Source of the DNA: Candidatus Aquidulcis frankliniae
Lineage (GTDB): Bacteria; Chloroflexota; Limnocylindria; Limnocylindrales; Limnocylindraceae
DNA length: 38,170 bases
Assembly (NCBI GenBank): GCA_009925905.1
Contig: RFPZ01000001.1
Span: 1-38,170 of the forward strand
Reading direction: 5' to 3'
Below, in pieces: positions 14,157 to 23,813 of this stretch (position 1 is its first letter; every line of letters begins with the position of its first letter). A model generated the notes under the pieces. The model was not told where the DNA came from. It ran no database searches and saw nothing but the letters and a program-made list of their open reading frames with translations. Both the position numbers and the translations under genes were made by a program.

Positions 14157-16079
14157 GTGACTAACCCTCAGGTTTATCCTGGAGGTGGCGGGCCGAGTGA
14201 CCGAGAGGTTCGCCGCCGCCGACCGTTGCGGTTTTTCTCCGCAGCGCTGATCGTTCTTCTGACCTTTGGCGGGCTCGGCGGGCGGCTGATGCTCTTGCAA
14301 CTTGGTGCGTCAACTTCAACAAGTTCCACGAACACTGTCGCGCGCGGGCATCGCATTGTTGAGGAGCTCATCACGCCGGCCCGCGGCCTCGTGTACGACC
14401 GCAGCGGGCGCGTCCTGGCAAAGAATGTTGCGGTATATGCAGTGCAGATCCGTCCTGGCGATCTGTCACTCACCATTCGCGCGCAGGTCGTAAAGACACT
14501 TGGTGAAATTCTCAACATCGATCCAGTGCGGATCATCACACTGCTCGATCGCAGCACCGGATCGCTCTGGGAACCGATTCGAATCGCGAACAATGTGAAT
14601 GAGCGTGCGGCGCGCCTGATCGATGAAGAACGCGCGAGTTTGCCCGGTGTGGAAACGATTGTTGAGGCTCGCCGTGTATATCCGTACGGAACGCTGATCA
14701 GTCATATCGTTGGCTACGTCGGTCGCATTGATGCAGTCGAGGCGAGTGCACTTGCGCCGGCGGGATACACCGTAGTCGATTTCATTGGGCGCGCTGGTGT
14801 GGAAGCGAGCTATGAAGAGGTTCTGCGCGGCTCTCCCGGCATCCGACAAGTAGAGGTTGATGCAAAGGGCCGCCTTGTCCGAATCCTCGGCGTGACACAA
14901 CCGCCTGTTGATGGCTCATCATTGACACTCACAATCGACATTGAGGCACAGCAGCGCGCAACAACTGCGTTGGAGTGGGGGCTCAAGGGCGCTCGCACTC
15001 AAGAGGGCGTTGTTGCATCAATGAATCCGCAGAACGGCGAGATCATCGCAATGGCCTCGCTTCCGACCTATGACAACAATGACTTCTCGTCCGGAATCAG
15101 CAACGCGAAGTATCAGAAATATCTTTCGAACAAATACTCGCCACTCCTTAATCACACGGTTGGCTCCTACTTCCCACCGGGAAGCACCTACAAACTGGTG
15201 ACGTTTTCGTGTGCGTTGAACAACAATCTCGTCACACCAACAACGCGGTTCCAATCAACTGCATTTGTTGAAGTTGATGGCGAGAAGTTTTACGAGTGGA
15301 ATCGTGCGGGATTTGGCGGTTCTTTGACGCCCGCGGAAGCCTACTCATGGAGCTCAAATGTGGTGACGTTCCAACTTGCGCGCCTGATCAAGATTGATCG
15401 TCTCGCGACATGCGGCCGCCAGTGGGGCTTCGGTGCTCCAACAGGCATTGATCTACCGAGTGAGATTGCAGGGCTCGTTCCAGATCAAACATGGGCTCGG
15501 GCAACCATCAATCGCGGCCTCTATAACGCAGAGGTACTGCAGTCGGCGCAGGGACAAGGGTACGACTTGGTCACACCAATTCAAGTCCTCAACTCATTCG
15601 CGGCACTTGCAAATAGTGGAACGCTTTGGAGGCCGCATGTTGTGCTGCACGTCACCAACCCGAATGGAACCATTACGCCCGTTGCGCCAGTCGTCAATTC
15701 TGAGGTGGGGATGCGCGAGTCAACGTATCGCGAGCTGCGCCTCGCGGGTCGAAAGATGGCACTGAACCCTGGGCCGTCGCAAGGAATTTCGCGAATGCCG
15801 CTCTACATTTCGGCCAAGAGTGGCACTGCGCAATACGGCGTGCGAGACAGCCTCGGTCGGCTACCGTTTCACAACTGGATGGGCGGCTTCGTTGCCCCAT
15901 CAAATGATTGGTCCAAGAGCGATTCAACCTTCGCGTACGTCGTCTTTATGCACGGCACAAACACCACAGGAAATGCAGCGAAAGAGGTGACCAAGTATTA
16001 CCTACAGCTGCAGTACGACTTGAAGCGCGACTATCGCACCCCAGCACTCTTAGCGCGCGGGAACTTCTTCGGTGAATAG
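14157..16079 (+). CDS. mrdA: Penicillin-binding protein 2 (elongasome class B transpeptidase)
   Basis: N-terminal TM anchor, dimerisation domain, and transpeptidase motifs STYK (SxxK), SSN (SxN) and KSG (KTG-like). Confidence 0.85.
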   Translation: MTNPQVYPGGGGPSDREVRRRRPLRFFSAALIVLLTFGGLGGRLMLLQLGASTSTSSTNTVARGHRIVEELITPARGLVYDRSGRVLAKNVAVYAVQIRPGDLSLTIRAQVVKTLGEILNIDPVRIITLLDRSTGSLWEPIRIANNVNERAARLIDEERASLPGVETIVEARRVYPYGTLISHIVGYVGRIDAVEASALAPAGYTVVDFIGRAGVEASYEEVLRGSPGIRQVEVDAKGRLVRILGVTQPPVDGSSLTLTIDIEAQQRATTALEWGLKGARTQEGVVASMNPQNGEIIAMASLPTYDNNDFSSGISNAKYQKYLSNKYSPLLNHTVGSYFPPGSTYKLVTFSCALNNNLVTPTTRFQSTAFVEVDGEKFYEWNRAGFGGSLTPAEAYSWSSNVVTFQLARLIKIDRLATCGRQWGFGAPTGIDLPSEIAGLVPDQTWARATINRGLYNAEVLQSAQGQGYDLVTPIQVLNSFAALANSGTLWRPHVVLHVTNPNGTITPVAPVVNSEVGMRESTYRELRLAGRKMALNPGPSQGISRMPLYISAKSGTAQYGVRDSLGRLPFHNWMGGFVAPSNDWSKSDSTFAYVVFMHGTNTTGNAAKEVTKYYLQLQYDLKRDYRTPALLARGNFFGE

Positions 16080-17199
16080 ACTTGATTCGCCACTCGGGTC
16101 TGCGCTTAGGCGTGTGGACTGGGTCGCTGCCGCCGCAGTGGGGCTTTTGGCACTGACCGGACTCGGCATGGCCTGGCTTAATGCCCGCAGCTATGGTCAG
16201 GAACTCTTGACGCCGAGCTCGCTGTTTATGCGATCACTGACCTGGACAGCGCTCTCCCTTGTCGTCTATAGCGTCACCACTCTTGTGAATTGGCGGTGGG
16301 TGCGCACATTCGCCTGGCCACTCTACGCCGGCAATATCCTGCTCTTGATCGTCACGTTGATATATGGCGTTGACTCTGGCGGCAACAACCGCGCCATCGC
16401 GATCTTTGGGCTAACGATTCAATCCAGTGAGCTCAGCAAGGTCCTGACGCTCGTGGCGATCTCTACGGCGCTTACGCGAGTGGATCGAGCCGGTGGTGGC
16501 CTGCAAGACTTGTTTCTCGCTGGTGCGATCGTTGCGCCACCCTTCCTACTCGTTTTGGCGCAACCCGACCTTGGTACGGCTCTGGTCCTTGTGGCGGCGC
16601 TCTTCGGCGCCCTCTATTTGTCGGGCGTTGCGACGCGTTGGATTGCCGCCCTGGCGAGCTTCATGGCCGCTGGGGGCGCAATCGCCTGGGTCGTGGTGTT
16701 GGCGGAGTATCAAAAGGAGCGCCTCCTCGCGTTCATCGACCCAAATGCCGACCCCGCAGGGCCGAAGTACCAGCTGTTACGATCCCTCGAGGCGATCGTA
16801 GGTGGCGGCCTCTTCGGCGCCGGAGCCGATGGCACCGCAGCCATAACCCCACTCCCCGTTCAAGAGAGCGATTTCGTCTTTGCGGCGCTTGTCCGAGCCT
16901 TCGGAGCGATCGGCGGGCTCTTTGTGATCACCCTCCTCGCCATTCTGGTCGCGCGGCTGATCTGGCACTCGTGGAACTCTTCAGATGAATTCGGGGTGAT
17001 CTTTGCGGGCGGGATGGCGACCGTCGTCCTCTTTCAAACCTTCGTCAACATCGGCATGAACCTTGGCGTTGCTCCGATCACGGGGATCACCCTCCCCTTT
17101 GTCAGTTACGGAGGAGCCTCGGCGGTCTCGCTCGCCTTCGGGCTCGCCCTCGTGCAAAGCCATCGGGTCCATGACGGCGGCTCATCGCCGCTCATGTAA
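16072..17199 (+). CDS. rodA: SEDS family peptidoglycan polymerase RodA
   Basis: 375 aa, about 10 TM helices, FtsW/RodA family similarity (QPDLGTAL, the PVQESDFVFAAL-type motif, SYGGAS). Overlaps mrdA by 8 nt. Confidence 0.85.
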   Translation: MNRLDSPLGSALRRVDWVAAAAVGLLALTGLGMAWLNARSYGQELLTPSSLFMRSLTWTALSLVVYSVTTLVNWRWVRTFAWPLYAGNILLLIVTLIYGVDSGGNNRAIAIFGLTIQSSELSKVLTLVAISTALTRVDRAGGGLQDLFLAGAIVAPPFLLVLAQPDLGTALVLVAALFGALYLSGVATRWIAALASFMAAGGAIAWVVVLAEYQKERLLAFIDPNADPAGPKYQLLRSLEAIVGGGLFGAGADGTAAITPLPVQESDFVFAALVRAFGAIGGLFVITLLAILVARLIWHSWNSSDEFGVIFAGGMATVVLFQTFVNIGMNLGVAPITGITLPFVSYGGASAVSLAFGLALVQSHRVHDGGSSPLM

Positions 17200-17212
17200 C
17201 AATGGAGCGTGG

Positions 17213-17241
17213 TTGACGCGGGAGAGCCCTGATCGTAGACT
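17213..17241 (+). promoter_or_regulatory. Candidate sigma-70-type promoter for the rplU operon
   Basis: TTGACG (17213-17218), a 17-nt spacer, then TAGACT (17236-17241), in the only gap over 100 nt on the plus-strand string. Sequence match only. Confidence 0.35.
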
Positions 17242-17330
17242 TCCCCTCCCGCGACTGACCCGTCCGTCAGACCGCGACCGCCCAGCAGGCGCCGCCTGTA
17301 CGGCGCACAGACAGTAAGGACAGGGGAACC

Positions 17331-17861
17331 ATGTACGCAGTCATCGAGACCGGTGGAAAGCAGTATCGCGTGGAGCTCGGCAGCGAGTTGCATGTTGAAC
17401 TGACCGGCGCTACCCCAGGGAGCGAGATCTCGTTCGACCGCATCCTTCTGGTCCGCACTGACTCAACCACAGAGGTTGGCACCCCAGTTGTCGCTGGCGC
17501 AAAAGTCACCGCAACGGTGCTTGGCCAGGAGCGTGGACCAAAGACGATCTCCTTCAAGTATCGACCGAAGGCGCGCAGCCGCATCACCAAGGGGCACCGC
17601 CAGGAGCTTCACCTTATTAAGGTCACCGAAGTTGCAGTGAACGGCACGAGCGCGAAGGCGCTCCATGAAGCCGGTGCTGCAGATCGCGCCAAGGCGCAGG
17701 CTGCCGCAGCCGCAGTTGCCGCCGACAAGGCGAAGGCCGACGCCGCCGTGGCCGCATCGCTGAACGTTGGCGCACCAGCCGAGGCGAAGTCAGCAAAGAA
17801 GCCAGCAGCAAAGAAGCCAGCAGCGAAGAGCGCCGACACGTCGGCTGCCGACGCCGAATAA
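17331..17861 (+). CDS. rplU: 50S ribosomal protein L21 with an Ala/Lys-rich C-terminal extension of about 70 aa
   Basis: MYAVIETGGKQYRV...FKYRPKARSRITKGHRQ is the L21 core. It is followed by AKAQAAAAAVAADKAKADAAVA...AKKPAAKKPAAKS. Confidence 0.9.
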   Translation: MYAVIETGGKQYRVELGSELHVELTGATPGSEISFDRILLVRTDSTTEVGTPVVAGAKVTATVLGQERGPKTISFKYRPKARSRITKGHRQELHLIKVTEVAVNGTSAKALHEAGAADRAKAQAAAAAVAADKAKADAAVAASLNVGAPAEAKSAKKPAAKKPAAKSADTSAADAE

Positions 17862-17891
17862 CGCAGCGAACGCTGAGAGAAGGAGACCCTC

Positions 17892-18155
17892 ATGGCACAC
17901 AAAAAGGCAGGCGGAAGTGTTCGCAACGGACGCGATAGCGCTGGTCAGCGCCTTGGCGTGAAGGTTGGCGACGGTCAGAAGATCAACGCTGGCGGCATCA
18001 TCGTGCGACAGCACGGCACCACCTTCGCCGCAGGGCGCGGCGTTGGCCTGGGCAGCGACTACACCATCTATGCAACCGTCACCGGCACGGTGAAGTTCGA
18101 CCACGCGTCGCGCACCAAGAAGCGCGTCAACGTTGTCGCTTCGCCAGACGCCTAG
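17892..18155 (+). CDS. rpmA: 50S ribosomal protein L27
   Basis: [24 protein letters not shown]... The mature-type N-terminus is encoded directly, with no Prp-cleaved extension and no prp gene between rplU and rpmA. GAAGGAG RBS. Confidence 0.95.
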   Translation: MAHKKAGGSVRNGRDSAGQRLGVKVGDGQKINAGGIIVRQHGTTFAAGRGVGLGSDYTIYATVTGTVKFDHASRTKKRVNVVASPDA

Positions 18156-18165
18156 AGAGTCGCAG

Positions 18166-18375
18166 ATGAAGCCAGAGATTCATCCGAAGTACAACACCAT
18201 CGAAATTACGTGCCTCGCATGCAGCACGAAGTTCTCGATCGGCTCGACGCGAACCAGCGAGCTCAAGACGGAAGTCTGCTCCAATTGCCATCCGTTCTTT
18301 ACGGGGAAGCAGCTGATTCTCGACACGGCCGGTCAGGTCGAGCGCTTCCAGAAGCGCCTCGGTCGCTCGCGCTGA
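18166..18375 (+). CDS. rpmE: 50S ribosomal protein L31 (Zn-ribbon, C+ type)
   Basis: MKPEIHPKYNTIEITCLACSTKF...VCSNCHPFFTGKQ, with both CxxC pairs present. I chose ATG 18166 over the track start 18133, which overlaps rpmA. Confidence 0.9.
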   Translation: MKPEIHPKYNTIEITCLACSTKFSIGSTRTSELKTEVCSNCHPFFTGKQLILDTAGQVERFQKRLGRSR

Positions 18376-18380
18376 TCTCC

Positions 18381-19415
18381 ATGCGGCGCCGACTCGGCGT
18401 CGCTGCGCGAATCGCGCAGGATCGCTTCGCAGACGTTTCACGAGCACTCCACACCCTCTCTCTGACCGCGCGACCGACAAGTGGCGCAGCCTACGGCGGT
18501 CAAGCGCTCATCGACGGCGTGCTGATGCGCGGCCCATCGCACATCGGCGTGGCACTCCGCGCCGTTGACGGCAGCATCGCCGTTACGTCAGAGCCGATCG
18601 CGACTGGACCAATTCGGCGTCGCCTCACACGCATCCCTGTGCTGCGTGGAGCCGTTGTTCTTTGGGAAACGCTTGCGTTAGGCAGTCGCTGGCTACTGCG
18701 AAGTGCCGATGTGTCGGCGGGTGACGAAGAGCGAACGAACAGTGGCACCGGCTCACTGGTCGCCACACTCGCCGTAACGCTGCTCATCGCAGTGGCTTTC
18801 TTCAATGTACTTCCAGCAATTGCCGCAGCGGCAATCGTGCGCGCAATCGGATCTGCGGAGCTGCTCCTTGAGCGAGCGATTGATGGACTCTTGCAGGTAG
18901 CAATTCTGCTGGGATACCTTGCCGCCGTTGGGCGTAGCAGCGATGTTGATCGCACCTATCGATATCACGGCGCAGAGCACCGCGCTATTCACGCGCTCGA
19001 GAACGGAGATGCGCTTACGCGCAACGCACTCTCGCGATGGCCAACTGCACATCCGCGTTGCGGCACAGAATTTCTTGTAGTGGTGATTCTCGTAAGCATC
19101 GTCAGCTTCTCGCTGATCGGCCGACTTGATCCGATTCCAACAGTTATTAGTCGTATCGCGGGAATTCCACTCGTCGCGGGGATTGCCTACGAGATTCTCC
19201 GTCTACTCGGTCGCTACCGAACAAACATGATCGCGCGAGCGCTGGCGGCACCAGGTATTGCAGTGCAGCGCATCACGACGCGAAAGCCTGATGACGGCAT
19301 GCATGACATTGCGATCGTTGCGCTCACCGCGGTGATCGAAGCTGAGGGCGGTGTTGTACCGAGTGGCTCCGAGCGACCGGCCTCCCGCGCGCTGCAGCCA
19401 GTTACGGTGCGCTGA
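18381..19415 (+). CDS. DUF1385 (YqhQ-like) membrane protein
   Basis: [35 protein letters not shown] and [17 protein letters not shown] all align with the B. subtilis YqhQ family. I chose ATG 18381, since the track's 18210 start overlaps rpmE. The stop overlaps the prfA ATG by 1 nt. Confidence 0.8.
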   Translation: MRRRLGVAARIAQDRFADVSRALHTLSLTARPTSGAAYGGQALIDGVLMRGPSHIGVALRAVDGSIAVTSEPIATGPIRRRLTRIPVLRGAVVLWETLALGSRWLLRSADVSAGDEERTNSGTGSLVATLAVTLLIAVAFFNVLPAIAAAAIVRAIGSAELLLERAIDGLLQVAILLGYLAAVGRSSDVDRTYRYHGAEHRAIHALENGDALTRNALSRWPTAHPRCGTEFLVVVILVSIVSFSLIGRLDPIPTVISRIAGIPLVAGIAYEILRLLGRYRTNMIARALAAPGIAVQRITTRKPDDGMHDIAIVALTAVIEAEGGVVPSGSERPASRALQPVTVR

Positions 19416-20497
19416 TGGCTGACGTGGCACAGCTCAATGCACGGCTTGCGGCGGCGCTCAAGGCGCGCGCCGAACTAGAGGCACAGTTGACGCTCCCTGA
19501 AGTGCTTGCCGACCATACGGCCCTCGCTCGTATCGGTCGTGAGTTATCGCGCACCGCGCCGCTCGCTGAGGCGGGCGAGGCACTCACAGCCGCTCGCCAG
19601 CGCGTCACCGATTCACGCACGCTTGAGGCCGATCCAGGTGCGGACGCGGAGATGCGTGAACTCGCTGCAGCCGACCGCGCCGAAGCCGAAGCGATTGAGC
19701 GCGACATTCTGGAGCGACTTCCAGGGTTACTCCTTGAACCGGACCCTAACGATGGTCGAGACCTTCTGATTGAAGTGCGACCTGGAGCTGGCGGCGACGA
19801 AGCCGGCATCTTCGCCGGCGAGCTCTTCCGCGCCTATCTGCGCTACGCGGAGCGACAAGGATGGAAGGCCGAAGTTGATGCGATCAGTGAAACCGGTGTC
19901 GGCGGAATTCGTGAAGGGGTCATGGAGGTCTCTGGTGATGGCGCATGGGCCGCGTTCAAGTGGGAAGCAGGCGTGCATCGTATTCAGCGCGTTCCCGCAA
20001 CCGAGTCGGCTGGGCGCATCCACACCAGCACCGCCACCGTCGTCGTGCTCCCTGTTGTCGATGCTGTTGACCTGGTGATTCCCGAGAGCGACATCCGCAT
20101 TGATGTGAAACGTGCATCGGGGCATGGTGGACAGGGTGTCAACACCACCGACTCCGCTGTGCGCATCACCCACATCCCGAGCGGCATCGTCGTTGAAATG
20201 CAGGACGAGCGTAGTCAGTTGCGCAACAAAGAGAAAGGGATGGCGATTCTTCGCAGCCGCATCATCGCGGCCGAAGAGGAGCGAAAGCGCGCCGCCGACT
20301 CCAAGGCGCGTAAAGCGTTAATTGGAAGTGGCGATCGTAGCGAGAAGATTCGTACCTATAACGGTCCACAGAATCGCGTCACCGATCACCGCATTGGGTT
20401 CGACAAGTTTGATGTCCCGGGAATCCTTGGTGGTGACCTCGCGCCGTTTCATGAGGCACTCGCCGCCGCCGAGCAAGCTGCACGTCTGGCGGAATAG
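19415..20497 (+). CDS. prfA: Peptide chain release factor 1
   Basis: GGQ motif [23 protein letters not shown]; a PAT-type tripeptide region (RVPATES); full-length RF1 similarity. Confidence 0.95.
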   Translation: MADVAQLNARLAAALKARAELEAQLTLPEVLADHTALARIGRELSRTAPLAEAGEALTAARQRVTDSRTLEADPGADAEMRELAAADRAEAEAIERDILERLPGLLLEPDPNDGRDLLIEVRPGAGGDEAGIFAGELFRAYLRYAERQGWKAEVDAISETGVGGIREGVMEVSGDGAWAAFKWEAGVHRIQRVPATESAGRIHTSTATVVVLPVVDAVDLVIPESDIRIDVKRASGHGGQGVNTTDSAVRITHIPSGIVVEMQDERSQLRNKEKGMAILRSRIIAAEEERKRAADSKARKALIGSGDRSEKIRTYNGPQNRVTDHRIGFDKFDVPGILGGDLAPFHEALAAAEQAARLAE

Positions 20498-21597
20498 TGA
20501 GCGACGAGTCGATCGCCAGTCGGCCCGTCGTAGAGCGCGAGGCAGATGGACCTGCGCTCTTGCGCGAAGCAACGGCGCAGCTTGAGATCGCAGGAAGCCC
20601 AACACCGCGCCTCGATGCAGAGACGCTGCTTGCAGCACTTCTTGGCACGCGGGTCACTACGCTGCGCACCGCCGTTGCGGCAGGATTTCCACTTCCGCTC
20701 CCAACACTTATTGAGCTTCCAGAACCAGAGCCGCTTAGCGATCGACATCCGCACCTAGCAGATACGTTGCGAATTGCGCGCAGCGCACTCGCTGCTGGTG
20801 ATGCACCTGCAGCCCTCGCAGCACTGGTAAAAGAGCGCGCAACCGGCCGGCCGATCAGTCATCTCACAGGACGACGCGGGTTTCGCAGACTTGAGCTTCT
20901 TGTGACGCCAGATGTGCTTGATCCGCGACCAGAGAGCGAACTGATCATTGAAACCGCACTCGCATTTCTTGCCGACCGCGTTGCCGCCGATCGCGCGCTC
21001 GGTCGGGCCCCGCACCCACTGAGCGCCGCAGAGATCGGCACTGGGAGCGGCGCACTGGCCGTTGCGCTCGCCGATGAATCGCCCGTACCGCTGCGCCTCA
21101 CCGCGACTGACATCTCTGGCGATGCGCTGATGGTGGCTCGCGCAAACGCGTTGCGCTGTGGCGTTGCATCGCGCATCACCTTTATGCACGGAGATCTTGC
21201 TGAGCCGCTCCTTGCGGCGCGTGCACCTGGCGACCCCGCACACCTTGATCTCTTAATCGCGAACCTGCCATATGTGCCAACCGCGGATGTTGACCAGGCG
21301 AAGGAGGCTGCAAGCATTCGCGATCTCGCGCCGCGCAACTTGGCAAGTCTCGGCATTGCCTCAGAGCCGCGCCTTGCGCTTGATGGTGGCGGTGATGGGT
21401 TGGAGCTCATTCGGCGACTGATTGCAGAACTACCAAGGCTGTTGCGCCCAGGTGGCGCCGCACTCTTGGAATTCGGTGACGGCCAAGGTGACGACGTTGC
21501 GCGACTTGCCGACGGCCTCGGCATCGGTTGGCGCGTGGCGATTCGCGGCGACCTTTCGGGGCGCGAACGCATGGCCGAGATTCGTCGGAGCGGATAA
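20497..21597 (+). CDS. prmC: Release factor glutamine N5-methyltransferase PrmC/HemK (long form)
   Basis: SAM-binding EIGTGSGALAVALA, catalytic motif LIANLPYVP (an NPPY variant), and position immediately after prfA (TAGTG overlap). Confidence 0.8.
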   Translation: MSDESIASRPVVEREADGPALLREATAQLEIAGSPTPRLDAETLLAALLGTRVTTLRTAVAAGFPLPLPTLIELPEPEPLSDRHPHLADTLRIARSALAAGDAPAALAALVKERATGRPISHLTGRRGFRRLELLVTPDVLDPRPESELIIETALAFLADRVAADRALGRAPHPLSAAEIGTGSGALAVALADESPVPLRLTATDISGDALMVARANALRCGVASRITFMHGDLAEPLLAARAPGDPAHLDLLIANLPYVPTADVDQAKEAASIRDLAPRNLASLGIASEPRLALDGGGDGLELIRRLIAELPRLLRPGGAALLEFGDGQGDDVARLADGLGIGWRVAIRGDLSGRERMAEIRRSG

Positions 21598-21602
21598 CGC
21601 AC

Positions 21603-22469
21603 ATGACGGTGAAGCCCGCACTCCCGATTCGACTTCTCGTTATGGATCTGGACGGGACACTGCTGCCACATGGCGGCGTCATTGCAGAACGCACCATCGA
21701 TGCGATTCGTGCGGCGCGCGCCAAGGGGGTGATCGCCACGATCTCGTCGGGGCGCAACGTGCCCTCCATCATTGAGTACGCCCATCAGATCGGACTCGAC
21801 GGCCCGCTCATTGGCATGCAGGGGGCGATTGCCCGAGAGATTCCAGCAAAGGGTGAGGCTGGATCAGGGCGCATGATCCGGCACTTCCCGTTCCCCGCCT
21901 ACCTCGGGGCCAAGGCGGTCGAGTGGTGCCGCGAGAACAACCTCTGGGGCCATGCGGTGATTCGCGATGATCTTCGTTTTGATGTGCGCGACCCACATGT
22001 GCGCCAGTACGAGACCTGGCTACAAGGAGATGCACTTCGGCGCCTCGGCACAGTCCCGGACCTGAGCGCCCACCTCGCCGAGCGCAAACTGCACCTCTCT
22101 AAGGTGGTCGCCCACGCTCCCGAGGGCCATGTCGACGGGGTGCTCGATCGCGCTCGAGCCGCCTTTGCGGGCCAGCTCGACGTCACCATCAGCCACCCTG
22201 AATACCTGGAGTTCACCGCTCCGGGGGTTAACAAAGGAACGGCGCTCCGCTGGCTCGCCCGCCGCCTCAAGATCCCCCTCGGCCAGGTTATGGCCATTGG
22301 CGACCAGTACAACGATTTGGAGATGCTCGACGTCGCCGGTCATGGGGTGGCCATGGCTGGCGCGCCCGGTCCAGTGCGCGCGGTGGCTCAATATGAGGCG
22401 CCCCGTTGTGAAGAGCACGGCGCAGCGCGCATGATTGAGCGCCTGATCCTCGGATCAGCGGGAGAATAG
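21603..22469 (+). CDS. Cof-type HAD-IIB family hydrolase (sugar-phosphatase-like)
   Basis: Motif I VMDLDGTLL and motif IV GDQYNDLEML, with a cap domain between them. I chose ATG 21603, since the track start 21528 overlaps prmC. Confidence 0.75.
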   Translation: MTVKPALPIRLLVMDLDGTLLPHGGVIAERTIDAIRAARAKGVIATISSGRNVPSIIEYAHQIGLDGPLIGMQGAIAREIPAKGEAGSGRMIRHFPFPAYLGAKAVEWCRENNLWGHAVIRDDLRFDVRDPHVRQYETWLQGDALRRLGTVPDLSAHLAERKLHLSKVVAHAPEGHVDGVLDRARAAFAGQLDVTISHPEYLEFTAPGVNKGTALRWLARRLKIPLGQVMAIGDQYNDLEMLDVAGHGVAMAGAPGPVRAVAQYEAPRCEEHGAARMIERLILGSAGE

Positions 22470-22511
22470 GGGCCACGCACCCCCATTGGGGTTAAGGAGA
22501 GGGAGGGGACC

Positions 22512-23813
22512 ATGAGCAACGCGGCACACGATCCGTTGATGAACCTGAGCCTTCGCGAGGTGGACCCCGAGCTCGACGCCATCTTTGTTAAAGAGGCTGT
22601 GCGTCAGCGTGATCACATTGAGTTGATCGCTTCAGAGAACTACACGTATGCCGCAGTGCGCGAAGCACAAGGCTCTATCCTCACCAACAAATATGCCGAA
22701 GGTCTTCCAGGGAAGCGCTACTACGCCGGTTGTGAATTTGTTGACGAGGCCGAGAACCTCGCACGAAACCGCGCACTCCAACTTTTTGTCGGCAGCGAGC
22801 ACGTCAACGTGCAGCCGCACTCTGGTGCATCGGCAAACATTGCGACGTTTACCGCCGCGATGTCACCAGGTGACTCGTTTGTTGCCATGAGCCTCGACCA
22901 GGGTGGGCACCTCTCGCACGGTGCATCTGTCAACATTTCTGGAAAGTGGTTTAGGCCAACCTTCTACGGCGTACGTGCCGAAGATGGTCTGGTGGATTGG
23001 GATGCGGTACAACGCGCTGTTGATGAGGCAAAACCAAAAGTCGTGATCGCAGGCGCATCGGCATATCCGCGAGCGCTCGACTTTGCAAAGTTTGCGGGCA
23101 TTGCCCATGCAGCGGGCGCAAAGCTGATGGTTGACATGGCGCACATCTCAGGGCTCGTTGCAGCTGGGCTACACCCGAGCCCATTCCCACATGCGGATTA
23201 CGTCACCACGACCACGCACAAGACACTGCGCGGACCGCGCGGCGGCATGATCTTTGCGCGAGCTGACGAAGCGGCCGCGATCGACCGAGCGGTCTTCCCC
23301 GGTAATCAGGGCGGACCACTCATGCACGTGATCGCCGCCAAGGCGGTTGCGTACAAGTTGGCGTTGCAGCCTGAATGCCGTGCGTATATGCAGCGCACAC
23401 TCGACAACGCCCAGGCGCTTGCAACGGCACTCGCCGCACGCGGATTTGGCGTGATCACCGGTGGCACCGACAACCACCTGATCTTGTGCGACGTGACACC
23501 ACTTGGTGTGACCGGCAAGGAGGCGACCGCCGCACTCGAAGCGGTGGGCGTAACGATCAACAAGAACAGCATTCCGGGCGAGACTCGTTCGCCGATGGTG
23601 ACGAGCGGCGTTCGCTACGGCACGCCAGCGGCGACCACGCGCGGCATGGGACTCGCAGAGATGGAGCAGATCGCACAGTGGTCTGTTGAGGCAATCGCCG
23701 CGCGCGAAGATGTGGCGAAGCTTGAGCAGATTCGCCGCGAAGTGACCAGGGTTGCTCGACAGTTCCCAGTGCCTGGTAACGATGCTGCGGAGCTAGCGGC
23801 ACGCGAGAGCTAA
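22512..23813 (+). CDS. glyA: Serine hydroxymethyltransferase
   Basis: LIASENY, the PLP-lysine motif TTTTHKTLRGPRGG, and a strong RBS GGAGAGGGAGGGG. Confidence 0.95.
   Translation: MSNAAHDPLMNLSLREVDPELDAIFVKEAVRQRDHIELIASENYTYAAVREAQGSILTNKYAEGLPGKRYYAGCEFVDEAENLARNRALQLFVGSEHVNVQPHSGASANIATFTAAMSPGDSFVAMSLDQGGHLSHGASVNISGKWFRPTFYGVRAEDGLVDWDAVQRAVDEAKPKVVIAGASAYPRALDFAKFAGIAHAAGAKLMVDMAHISGLVAAGLHPSPFPHADYVTTTTHKTLRGPRGGMIFARADEAAAIDRAVFPGNQGGPLMHVIAAKAVAYKLALQPECRAYMQRTLDNAQALATALAARGFGVITGGTDNHLILCDVTPLGVTGKEATAALEAVGVTINKNSIPGETRSPMVTSGVRYGTPAATTRGMGLAEMEQIAQWSVEAIAAREDVAKLEQIRREVTRVARQFPVPGNDAAELAARES

Noticed and set aside
18210-18380. N-terminal extensions given by the longest-ORF track: DUF1385 from 18210, HAD from 21528, mreD from 13515, murA from 31808, rpmE from 18133, nfo from 37088 and comF from 37915.
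   Set aside because: The extensions overlap the preceding well-supported gene or contain no homologous sequence. Downstream ATGs coincide with the start of family homology and with typical spacing or coupling.
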